Below, piece by piece: positions 32,583 through 40,027 of a DNA stretch of 41,268 nucleotides. The notes beneath the pieces were generated by a model. That model was not told the DNA's origin. It ran no database searches and saw only the letters and a program-made list of their open reading frames with translations. The stretch spans positions 1 to 41,268 of the forward strand of contig DASYXX010000833.1 in NCBI GenBank assembly GCA_035934395.1. The letters are read 5' to 3'. Both the position numbers and the translations under genes were made by a program. Source of the DNA: Streptosporangiaceae bacterium. GTDB taxonomy: Bacteria > Actinomycetota > Actinomycetes > Streptosporangiales > Streptosporangiaceae. Positions within the stretch are counted from its first letter, which is position 1. Each line of letters starts with the position of its first letter.

Positions 32583-34160
32583 ATGGATGACTCCGCCCAG
32601 ACCCCGTCCGGCCTCCCGCTTCAGCCGGTCTACGGACCGGGGGACCGGCGCGGCGAGCCGCCCGACCCGGGGTGCTTTCCGTTCACGCGCGGCAACTACC
32701 CCTCGGGTTACCGGGGGCGGCTGTGGACGATCCGGCAGTACTCGGGGTTCGGCACCGCGGAGGAGTCCAACCGCCGCTACCGATACCTGCTCGGGCAGGG
32801 CGGCACCGGGCTGTCGGTGGCGCTCGACCTGCCCACCCAGTGCGGCTATGACTCCGACGACCCCGAGGTGGGCGAGGAGGTGGGCCGGGTCGGCGTCGCG
32901 ATCGACACGCTGGCCGACGCCGAAATACTGTTCGATGGCATTCCCCTCGACCGGATCAGCACGAGCTTCACCATCAACGGGACCGCCGCGATCCTGCTGG
33001 CGTTCTATGTGGCCGTGGCCGAGCGCGGCGGCGTGCCCCGGGCCAGGCTCACCGGCACGATACAGAACGACATCCTCAAGGAGTACGCCTCCCGCGGCAC
33101 CTGGATCTGGCCCCCGGAGCCCTCCCTGCGGCTCATCGCCGACACCATCGAGTTCTGCGCGGCCGAGGTGCCGAGGTTCAACGCGATCTCGGTGGCCGGC
33201 GCTCACTTCCGCGACGCGGGGGCCAACGCGGTGCAGGAGATGGCGTTCACCCTCGCCGACGGGGTGACCTACTGCGACACCGTGCTGGCCCGCGGCCGGA
33301 TGACGATCGAGCAGTTCGCCCCGCAGGTCTCGTTCTTCTTCTACACGCACGGCGACTTCTTCGAGGAGATCGCCAAGTACCGCGCGGGACGGCGGCGCTG
33401 GGCGACGATCGTCAGGGAACGGTACGGGGCGACCGCGGACAAAGCGTCGATGTTCCGCTTCGGCTGCGTCGCGGGCGGCGCCTCCCTCTACGCCCCGCAG
33501 GCACGGAACAACGTCGTCCGCGTGGCGTACGAGGCGCTGGCCTCGGTGCTTGGCGGGGTCCAGTCCATGTTCACCGCCGCGTGGGACGAGCCGTTCGCGC
33601 TGCCCAGCGAGGAGTCGGCGACGCTGGCGCTGCGCACCCAGCAGATCCTCGCCTACGAGACCGGCGTCGCCCGGGTGGCGGATCCGCTCGGCGGCTCCTA
33701 CTTCGTCGAGGCCCTCACCGACGCCACCGAGGCGCGCATCATCGAGATCATGGCCGACCTCGACGCCCACGGCGGCATGGTGCGGGCCATCGAGGACGGC
33801 TACCTGCAGGGCCTCATCGCCGACGAGGCCTACCGGACGCATCAGGAGATCGAGGCGGGCACTCGCCCGGTCGTCGGCGTCAACCGGTTCGTCACCGACG
33901 AGCCCGCCCCCGACCTGGTGACCTACGAGCTGGACGCGGACGGCCGCGACCGGCAGCTCAAGCGGCTCGCGCAGGTGAAGGCGGACCGCGACGACGCGGC
34001 CGTGCGCGCCCGGCTGGCCGGCCTGTCCCGCGCCGCGGAGGGCACCGGCAACCTCATGGGGCCCCTGATCGACTGCGCCACCGCCTACTGCACGGTCGGC
34101 GAGATGGTCACCGCGCTCAAGGCGGTCTGGGGCGAGTTCCAGCAGCCCGTGGTGTTCTGA
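32583..34160 (+). CDS. Acyl-CoA mutase large (substrate-binding TIM-barrel) subunit, methylmalonyl-CoA-mutase family
   Basis: 'FPFTRGNYPSGYRGRLWTIRQYSGFGTAEESNRRYRYLLGQGGTGLSVALDLPTQCGYDSD' and 'GTIQNDILKEYASRGTWIWPP'. Confidence 0.9.
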   Translation: MDDSAQTPSGLPLQPVYGPGDRRGEPPDPGCFPFTRGNYPSGYRGRLWTIRQYSGFGTAEESNRRYRYLLGQGGTGLSVALDLPTQCGYDSDDPEVGEEVGRVGVAIDTLADAEILFDGIPLDRISTSFTINGTAAILLAFYVAVAERGGVPRARLTGTIQNDILKEYASRGTWIWPPEPSLRLIADTIEFCAAEVPRFNAISVAGAHFRDAGANAVQEMAFTLADGVTYCDTVLARGRMTIEQFAPQVSFFFYTHGDFFEEIAKYRAGRRRWATIVRERYGATADKASMFRFGCVAGGASLYAPQARNNVVRVAYEALASVLGGVQSMFTAAWDEPFALPSEESATLALRTQQILAYETGVARVADPLGGSYFVEALTDATEARIIEIMADLDAHGGMVRAIEDGYLQGLIADEAYRTHQEIEAGTRPVVGVNRFVTDEPAPDLVTYELDADGRDRQLKRLAQVKADRDDAAVRARLAGLSRAAEGTGNLMGPLIDCATAYCTVGEMVTALKAVWGEFQQPVVF

Positions 34161-34627
34161 TGGCGGCCCGGGTCCTGATCGCCAAGCCTGGCCTCGACGG
34201 GCACGACCGCGGGGCCAAGATCGTCGCCCGCGCGCTGCGCGACGCCGGGTTCGAGGTCATCTTCACCGGCATCCGCCAGCGCGTGGCGGCCATCGTGGCG
34301 ATCGCCGTGCAGGAGGACGTCGCCGTCGTCGGCCTCAGCATCCTGTCCGGCGCGCATCTCGCGCTGACCACTGCCGCGATCGAGGGCCTCAGGGCCGCCG
34401 GGGCCGGCGACATCGCCGTGATCGTCGGCGGCACCATCCCGCCGGCCGACGTGCCCCGGCTGCGGGCCGCGGGCGCCGCAGCCGTCTTCCCCACGGGCAC
34501 GCCCCTCGAGGCCATCGTCGCCGCGACCCGGGCCCTGACGTCGAGACAGCTGGAGGGGCACTTGAGCGAGCCGGAGGGCTCAAGAGCGCCCGGAGGCGAG
34601 CGGGAGGCACAGTGCGAGTCGGTGTGA
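34160..34627 (+). CDS. Acyl-CoA mutase small subunit (cobalamin-binding domain)
   Basis: 'RVLIAKPGLDGHDRGAKIVARAL' (DxHxxG), 'GLSILSG' and 'VIVGGTIP'. The ATG overlaps the large-subunit stop (TGATG). The last ~20 codons run through a repeat element (see findings). Confidence 0.85.
   Translation: MAARVLIAKPGLDGHDRGAKIVARALRDAGFEVIFTGIRQRVAAIVAIAVQEDVAVVGLSILSGAHLALTTAAIEGLRAAGAGDIAVIVGGTIPPADVPRLRAAGAAAVFPTGTPLEAIVAATRALTSRQLEGHLSEPEGSRAPGGEREAQCESV
34568..34612 (+). repeat. Copy 1 of a GAGCG/CGGAGG-rich junction repeat (compact form, 45 nt)
   Basis: GAGCCGGAGGG + CTCAAGAGCGCCCGGAGGCGAGCGGGAGGCACAG. Compare 36662-36672 + 36736-36770. Confidence 0.75.
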
Positions 34628-35568
34628 TGATCGGGCCGGAGCGTGGCGACCCCGCGCGGAAGGTCCCGCGGATGATCGAGGACGCGCTGTGGGCCGACGA
34701 CGCCGGGCTGGACACCGCGTGGGTGCCGCAGATCCCCGGGGACTTCGACGCGCTGATCGCCGTGGCGCTGCTGGGGATGCGGACGGCGCGGATCGAGCTG
34801 GGGACCGCGGTCGTCCCGGTACACTTGCAGCACCCGGTCGCGCTGGCGCGCCAGGCGCTGTCCGCGCAGGCCGCCGCCGGCGGGCGGCTGGCGCTCGGCC
34901 TCGGTCCCTCGCACCACTGGATCGTGCACGACATGCTCGGGCTGTCCTATGACCGGCCCGCCGCATTCACCCGCGACTACCTGGAGGTCCTGGACGCCGC
35001 GCTGCGCGGGCCAGGGCCGGTCGACGTGGAGAACGCGACGTTCGCGGTGCACAACCCGCTCGATCTCGGCGCGGTCGGCCCGCTGCCCGTGCTGCTTGCC
35101 GCGCTCGGCCCGGTCATGCTGGCGCTCGCGGGTGAGCGGGCCGACGGGACCGTGTTGTGGATGGCGGACGAGCGGGCGGTCGCCGAGCACGTCGTGCCCC
35201 GGATCAGCAAGGCCGCCGCGGGCGCGGGGCGCCCGGCGCCGCGCGTGGTCGCGGGCATCCCGGTCTGCCTGTGCCGGCCGTCGGAGGTCGATGCGGCGCG
35301 CGAGCGCGCGAACCGGATCCTCGGCGAGGCGGAGATCTCACCCAACTACCAGCGGCTGCTCTCCCGCGGTGACGCCAGGGACGTCGGCGACCTGTGCGCG
35401 GCCGGTGACGAGGCGGCGATCGCGGCCCGGTTCCGGCGGTTCGCCGATGCCGGGGTCACCGATCTTTCGGCCCGGCTCCTGCCGATCGGCCACGGCCGGG
35501 ACGAACTGGTGGCCTCCAAGCACCGGACCCGGGACCTCCTGGCCAGCCTGGCCTCGGATTTCCGATGA
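34612..35568 (+). CDS. Luciferase-like monooxygenase (LLM) class, F420-dependent-oxidoreductase type
   Basis: 'RVGVMIG...DDAGLDTAWVPQIPGDFDALIAVALLGMRTARIELGTAVVPV' and the overall length (318 aa) match the TIM-barrel LLM family. GTG start follows GGGAGG. Confidence 0.75.
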   Translation: MRVGVMIGPERGDPARKVPRMIEDALWADDAGLDTAWVPQIPGDFDALIAVALLGMRTARIELGTAVVPVHLQHPVALARQALSAQAAAGGRLALGLGPSHHWIVHDMLGLSYDRPAAFTRDYLEVLDAALRGPGPVDVENATFAVHNPLDLGAVGPLPVLLAALGPVMLALAGERADGTVLWMADERAVAEHVVPRISKAAAGAGRPAPRVVAGIPVCLCRPSEVDAARERANRILGEAEISPNYQRLLSRGDARDVGDLCAAGDEAAIAARFRRFADAGVTDLSARLLPIGHGRDELVASKHRTRDLLASLASDFR

Positions 35569-36650
35569 GCGGGCCGCTGGCCGGCATCCGGATCCTCGAG
35601 GTCGGCCACATGCTGGCGGGCCCCTACGCCACGATGCTGCTCGCCGATCTCGGCGCCGAGGTGACCAAGATCGAGCCACCGGGCGGCGACATCTCCAGGC
35701 AGGTGGGCGACAGCTATTTCGCCAGCCTCAACCGGGGCAAGCGCAGCGTCTGCCTCGACCTGACCTCGGCCGCGGGCCAGGCGCGCCTGCATGAGCTGGT
35801 GTCCGGGGCCCACGCGCTGCTGGTCAACCTGAAGCCGTCGGCGATTCACCGGCTCGGGCTCAGCTACGAGGCCCTGCGGCCCTGGAACGAGCGGATCGTC
35901 TGCGTCGCGGTTACCGGCTTCGGCCTGGCCGCGGGGGACGAGCCGGCCTTCGACTACGTGATCCAGGCGGCCACCGGGGTCGCCGCCCTCACCGGTGATC
36001 CCGCGGGCCCGCCCACCCTGCCCGGGTACTCCTCGGCCGACAACTCGGCCGGGCTGACCGCAGCGCTCGGCCTGCTGGCCCAGATCGTCTCCGGGCGCGG
36101 CGGCCAGGTCGAGGTCTCGCTGCGCGACGTGATGCTGTCCCAGCTCAACTACCACGCATCCGCCTACCTGAACGAGGGAGCGGAGCCGCAGCGCCGCCCC
36201 TTCGGGGCGCATTCGTACTACGTCCCGGCGCAGCTGTTCCCGACCGCCGGGGGATACCTGGCCCTGTTCGTCACGCACGACGGGTTCTGGAAGTCGTTCG
36301 CGGCGGAGGCGGGCGTGGCCGGCTTCCTGACCATGGCCGAGCGGGTGGCGCGGCGCGACGAGGTGCTGGCCGCGGTGACCGCCGCGCTGGCCGGCGACAC
36401 CGCCCGGGGCTGGGAGTCCAGGCTCCGGCCGCTGGGTGTCCCGGCCGCGGCCGTGCGGACCCTGCCGGAGGCCCTGGCCGCGGCCCCCGACGCGATCGTG
36501 ACGGCCGGAACGTTCCGGCTGGTCGGCAGCCCGGTCCGGGTCGCAGGCCACGACCCCGGCTACGGGCCGCCGCCCCGCCTGGGCGAGCACGGCGGGGGGG
36601 TCTGGGGGGGTCGTCCCCCCGCGGGCGAGCACGGCGGGGACGGGACATGA
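35565..36650 (+). CDS. Family III CoA-transferase with an aberrant, shortened C-terminus
   Basis: 'LAGIRILEVGHMLAGPYATMLLADLGAEVTKIE', 'NRGKRSVCLDL' and 'FDYVIQAATG'. It ends '...PPPRLGEHGGGVWGGRPPAGEHGGDGT' and lacks the usual ~25-aa tail after LGEH. Confidence 0.8.
   Translation: MSGPLAGIRILEVGHMLAGPYATMLLADLGAEVTKIEPPGGDISRQVGDSYFASLNRGKRSVCLDLTSAAGQARLHELVSGAHALLVNLKPSAIHRLGLSYEALRPWNERIVCVAVTGFGLAAGDEPAFDYVIQAATGVAALTGDPAGPPTLPGYSSADNSAGLTAALGLLAQIVSGRGGQVEVSLRDVMLSQLNYHASAYLNEGAEPQRRPFGAHSYYVPAQLFPTAGGYLALFVTHDGFWKSFAAEAGVAGFLTMAERVARRDEVLAAVTAALAGDTARGWESRLRPLGVPAAAVRTLPEALAAAPDAIVTAGTFRLVGSPVRVAGHDPGYGPPPRLGEHGGGVWGGRPPAGEHGGDGT
36581..36639 (+). repeat. Perfect 17-bp direct repeat (42-bp period) bracketing a G7/C6 hairpin
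   Basis: GGGCGAGCACGGCGGGG at 36581-36597 and 36623-36639. GGGGGGG TCGT CCCCCC lies at 36604-36620. Confidence 0.85.
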
Positions 36651-38155
36651 CCGAGCGGACCGAGCCGGAGGGGCGCGGCGCCGCCTGGACTGAGGAGCGA
36701 GGAGCGAAGCGACGAGCGACGAGGGAAGGCGGTGCCTCAAAGGCGCCCCGGAGGCGAGCGGGAGACACGGCGCTGGCCTTCGATGAGCGGGAGTACAGCC
36801 TGCCGAGGCTGGACGCGCTGGCTGGCGCGCTGGCCGGGGTCCTGGCCCGGCGCGGGGTGCGGGCCGGGAGCCGGGTCGCGCTGATGTCGTCCAACCGCCC
36901 GGAGCTCGTGGTGGCGTTGCGGGCGATCTGGCGGCTGGGCGCGGCCGTGGTGCTGTTCAGCCCGGCATGGAAGCAGGCCGAGGTCGAGCACGCCCTGGCG
37001 ATCACCGAGCCGGCGCACGCGGTGGGCGACCATCCGGTGCTGGCCGGGCTGATGCCGATGCTGCACCTCGACGAGCCGGTCACGCCGGCACGCGGCCCGC
37101 TCGCGGAACCCGATCCCGCCGCGGATGCCGTGCTGGTGTTCAGCTCCGGCACCACGGGCATGCCGAAGGCGGTCCGGCACACGCATGCGTCGCTCGGGGC
37201 CGCCGTGGGCCACTGGCAGAACGCGCTGGGACTCACGGCCGCGGACCGGATGCAGGTCACCACGCCGCCCTCGCACATTCTTGGCCTGCTCAACATCGTC
37301 ACGGCCCTGGAGACCGGCGCCTGGCTGCGGCTGCACCGCCGGTTCGACCTCGACCTGATGCTGCATTACATCGAGGCCGACCGGATCACCGTGGAGATGG
37401 CCGTCGCGCCGATCGCGCTGGCGCTCGCGTCCCACCCGAAGCTCGAGTCGTACGACCTCTCCTCGCTGCGTTACATCATGTGGGGCGCCACGCCGGTGAC
37501 GCCGAGCGTCGCCGAGACCGTCACCCGCCGGACCGGGGTCGGCTGGCTGCCCGCCTACGGGGCGAGCGAACTGCCGGTCATCGCGTGTAACCCGCTGGAC
37601 GGGCCGCGCCTGGACAGCGCGGGCCGGGCCGTGCCGGGAGTGAGCCTGCGCGTGGTGTCGCTGGAGACCGGCGAGCCGGCCGGGCCGGGGGAGGCCGGCG
37701 AGATCCAGGCGCGGTCGGACTCGCTGATGGCCGGCTACCTGCCGGCCGACGCGACCGCTGAGGCGTTCTGCGATGGCTGGTACCGGACCGGCGACGTCGG
37801 CACCATCGACTCCGGGGGCTGGCTGCGGCTGACCGACCGGTCCAAGGAAATGATCAAGGTGCGCGGGTTCCAGGTCGCGCCCGCCGAGGTCGAGGCCGTG
37901 CTGCACGGCCATCCGGCCGTCGCCGACTGCGCGGTGTTCGGCGTCCCCGACCCGGCCAGCGGGGAGGCGGTCATCGCGGCCGTCACCCCGGCGAGCTCGG
38001 TCGATGCCGCGGAACTGGTCACGCTGGTCGGCGACCGACTGGCCTCCTACAAGCGGCCCAGCCGCGTGGTGATCGTGGACGAGATCCCGCGCCTGGGGTC
38101 GGGCAAGGTGCTGCGGCGCGTTCTCCGGGAGCGTTATGAGCGAGGGGTGATATGA
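36647..38155 (+). CDS. AMP-dependent acyl-CoA synthetase. The first ~42 codons are encoded by a repeat element.
   Basis: 'LVFSSGTTGMPKAVRHTH', 'GWYRTGDVGTIDSGGWLRLTDRSKEMIKVRGFQV' and 'LGSGKVLRR'. ATG 36647 (ATGA overlap) is the only in-frame ATG/GTG/TTG upstream of the conserved core. Confidence 0.8.
   Translation: MTERTEPEGRGAAWTEERGAKRRATREGGASKAPRRRAGDTALAFDEREYSLPRLDALAGALAGVLARRGVRAGSRVALMSSNRPELVVALRAIWRLGAAVVLFSPAWKQAEVEHALAITEPAHAVGDHPVLAGLMPMLHLDEPVTPARGPLAEPDPAADAVLVFSSGTTGMPKAVRHTHASLGAAVGHWQNALGLTAADRMQVTTPPSHILGLLNIVTALETGAWLRLHRRFDLDLMLHYIEADRITVEMAVAPIALALASHPKLESYDLSSLRYIMWGATPVTPSVAETVTRRTGVGWLPAYGASELPVIACNPLDGPRLDSAGRAVPGVSLRVVSLETGEPAGPGEAGEIQARSDSLMAGYLPADATAEAFCDGWYRTGDVGTIDSGGWLRLTDRSKEMIKVRGFQVAPAEVEAVLHGHPAVADCAVFGVPDPASGEAVIAAVTPASSVDAAELVTLVGDRLASYKRPSRVVIVDEIPRLGSGKVLRRVLRERYERGVI
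36662..36770 (+). repeat. Copy 2 of the junction repeat (same two half-motifs, split by a 63-nt purine-rich GAGCGA-type insert)
   Basis: GAGCCGGAGGG (36662-36672) ... CTCAAAGGCGCCCCGGAGGCGAGCGGGAGACACGG (36736-36770). Confidence 0.75.
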
Positions 38156-39195
38156 GCGACGCCAGACCGCCGTACCGGGTCGTCCAGTGGGCCACAGGGA
38201 ACATCGGGACGCGCGCCCTGCGCCACGTCATCGAGCATCCGGAGCTGACCCTGGCCGGGCTGTACGTGCACACGCCGGCCAAGGCCGGGAAGGATGCCGG
38301 CGACCTGTGCGGGCTCGGTCCCACCGGGATCGTCGCCACCGGGGACATCGGCGAGATCCTGGCGCTCGGCGCCGACTGCGTCCTGTACATGCCCGCCGCC
38401 TGCGACATGGACGAGGTGTGCACGCTGCTGGCCTCCGGCGCGAACATCGTCACCACCCGGGGCGAGTTCCACCGCGCGGGCAGCATGAAGCCCGCGGTCC
38501 GCCAGCGGGTCGAGGCGGCCTGCGAGCGCGGCGGCACCTCGATCCACAGCACCGGGAGCAGCCCCGGGTTCATCACCGAGGCCCTCCCGCTCGTGCTGAC
38601 CTCGATCCAGCGGCGGCTCGACGGCCTGACCATCAGCGAGTTCGCCGACCTGTCCCAGCGTGACTCGCCGGAGATGCTGTTCGACGTCATCGGCTTCGGG
38701 AAGCCGCTCGACCAGTTCGATGCGCGCCGGCTCTCCTACGGGCGGGTGAGCTTCGGGCCGTCGCTGCAGCTCCTCGCCGACGCGCTGGGGATGCCGCTCG
38801 ACACGGTCGAGGCGAGCGGGGAGGTCGCGGCGGCCCGCCACGAGGTGCGCATCGCAGCCGGGACGCTGGAGGCCGGCACCATGGCCGCGCTGCGGATGAC
38901 GGTGTCGGGCATCCGCGCCGGCCGGCCGTTGCTGTCCATGCGCACCATCTGGTACTGCACCGCCGACCTGGACCCCGCGTGGGACATCCGCGCGACCGGC
39001 TGGCATGTCGCGGTCGACGGCGACGCGCCGCTGGACATCGACATCCGCTTCCCCGTGCCGCTCGAGCGGATGGCCGCGACCACGCCCGGGTACACGGCCA
39101 ACCGCGCGGTCAACGCCGTGCCGTTCGTCTGCGCCGCCGAGCCGGGCATCCGCTCCACGCTCGACTTGCCGCAGATCATCGCCAGGCTCGGCTGA
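38152..39195 (+). CDS. NAD(P)-binding DapB-N-like oxidoreductase (dihydrodipicolinate-reductase / amine-dehydrogenase-like family)
   Basis: 'YRVVQWATGNIGTRALRHVIEHPELTLAGLYVH', 'GANIVTT' and 'IHSTGSSPGF'. ATGA overlap with the upstream ligase. Confidence 0.7.
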   Translation: MSDARPPYRVVQWATGNIGTRALRHVIEHPELTLAGLYVHTPAKAGKDAGDLCGLGPTGIVATGDIGEILALGADCVLYMPAACDMDEVCTLLASGANIVTTRGEFHRAGSMKPAVRQRVEAACERGGTSIHSTGSSPGFITEALPLVLTSIQRRLDGLTISEFADLSQRDSPEMLFDVIGFGKPLDQFDARRLSYGRVSFGPSLQLLADALGMPLDTVEASGEVAAARHEVRIAAGTLEAGTMAALRMTVSGIRAGRPLLSMRTIWYCTADLDPAWDIRATGWHVAVDGDAPLDIDIRFPVPLERMAATTPGYTANRAVNAVPFVCAAEPGIRSTLDLPQIIARLG

Positions 39196-39211
39196 GCCGC
39201 CGCCTCGCCCG

Positions 39212-39973
39212 CTACTTGGGCGGGAACCTGAGGGCGCCGTCGAGGCGGATGACCTCGCCGTTGAGGTAGTCGTTCTCGCAGATGCTCTGCACGAGCGCGG
39301 CGTACTCGGCGGGCCGGCCCATGCGCCTGGGATGCGGAACCTGGGGCCCCCAGTAGGCCTCGAGCTGGTCGCCGGCCTGGCCGTAGGCCGGGGTCAGGAT
39401 CGTGCCCGGGGCGATCGTGACCACGCGGATGCCGACCGGGGACAGGTCGCGGGCCGCGACCAGGGTCATGCTCGCCACCCCGCCCTTGGCCGCGGCGTAG
39501 GGGAGCTGCCCGGTCTGCCCCTCGAAGGCGGCGATCGACGCGGTGTTGACGATGACGCCGCGGCCGCTGTCGACCGGCTCCTGCCTGGCGATGGCCGCGG
39601 CGGCCAGCCGCATGACGTTGAATACGGCGGTCAGGTAGTACTTGATCGTGGTCTCGAAGCCGGCCAGGTCCATCGGCTCGCCGGCCTTGCTGAGCAGCCG
39701 GCCCCCGCTCGCCGGCCCGCCATGGGTGTCGACCGAGATCCGCAGCGGCCCCATCGCTTCCGCCTCGGCCACCGCCGCCCGCACGTCGTCCTCAGCGGTG
39801 GCGTCGGTCCGCACGTAGCGGACGCCCAGCTCCTGCTCCAGCGCCTTGCCCTTGTCGTCGGCGACGTCGGCGACGACCACCTTCGCTCCCGCCGCGTGCA
39901 GGCGTCGTACAGTTGCCTCACCGAGCCCGCCCGTGCCGCCGACGACGACCGCTGAGCACCCGCTGATCTCCAC
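39212..39973 (-). CDS. SDR, 3-hydroxyacyl-CoA dehydrogenase type-2-like
   Basis: '[19 protein letters not shown]', '[24 protein letters not shown]' and '[16 protein letters not shown]'. GTG at 39973 is preceded by GGGAGG. The rest of the listed 670-aa ORF is antisense shadow of the next gene. Confidence 0.85.
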   Translation of the reverse strand: MEISGCSAVVVGGTGGLGEATVRRLHAAGAKVVVADVADDKGKALEQELGVRYVRTDATAEDDVRAAVAEAEAMGPLRISVDTHGGPASGGRLLSKAGEPMDLAGFETTIKYYLTAVFNVMRLAAAAIARQEPVDSGRGVIVNTASIAAFEGQTGQLPYAAAKGGVASMTLVAARDLSPVGIRVVTIAPGTILTPAYGQAGDQLEAYWGPQVPHPRRMGRPAEYAALVQSICENDYLNGEVIRLDGALRFPPK

Positions 39974-40001
39974 ACATGCCTCCCTGCCTTGTGAGCTGTG
40001 A

Positions 40002-40016
40002 TCTCTCCGGGAGAGA
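40002..40016. promoter_or_regulatory. Perfect 15-bp palindrome in a 54-bp divergent intergenic region (candidate operator)
   Basis: TCTCTCC G GGAGAGA at 40002-40016, between the SDR start (39973, minus strand) and the ligase start (40028, plus strand). Confidence 0.45.
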
Positions 40017-40027
40017 ATAACATTCTC

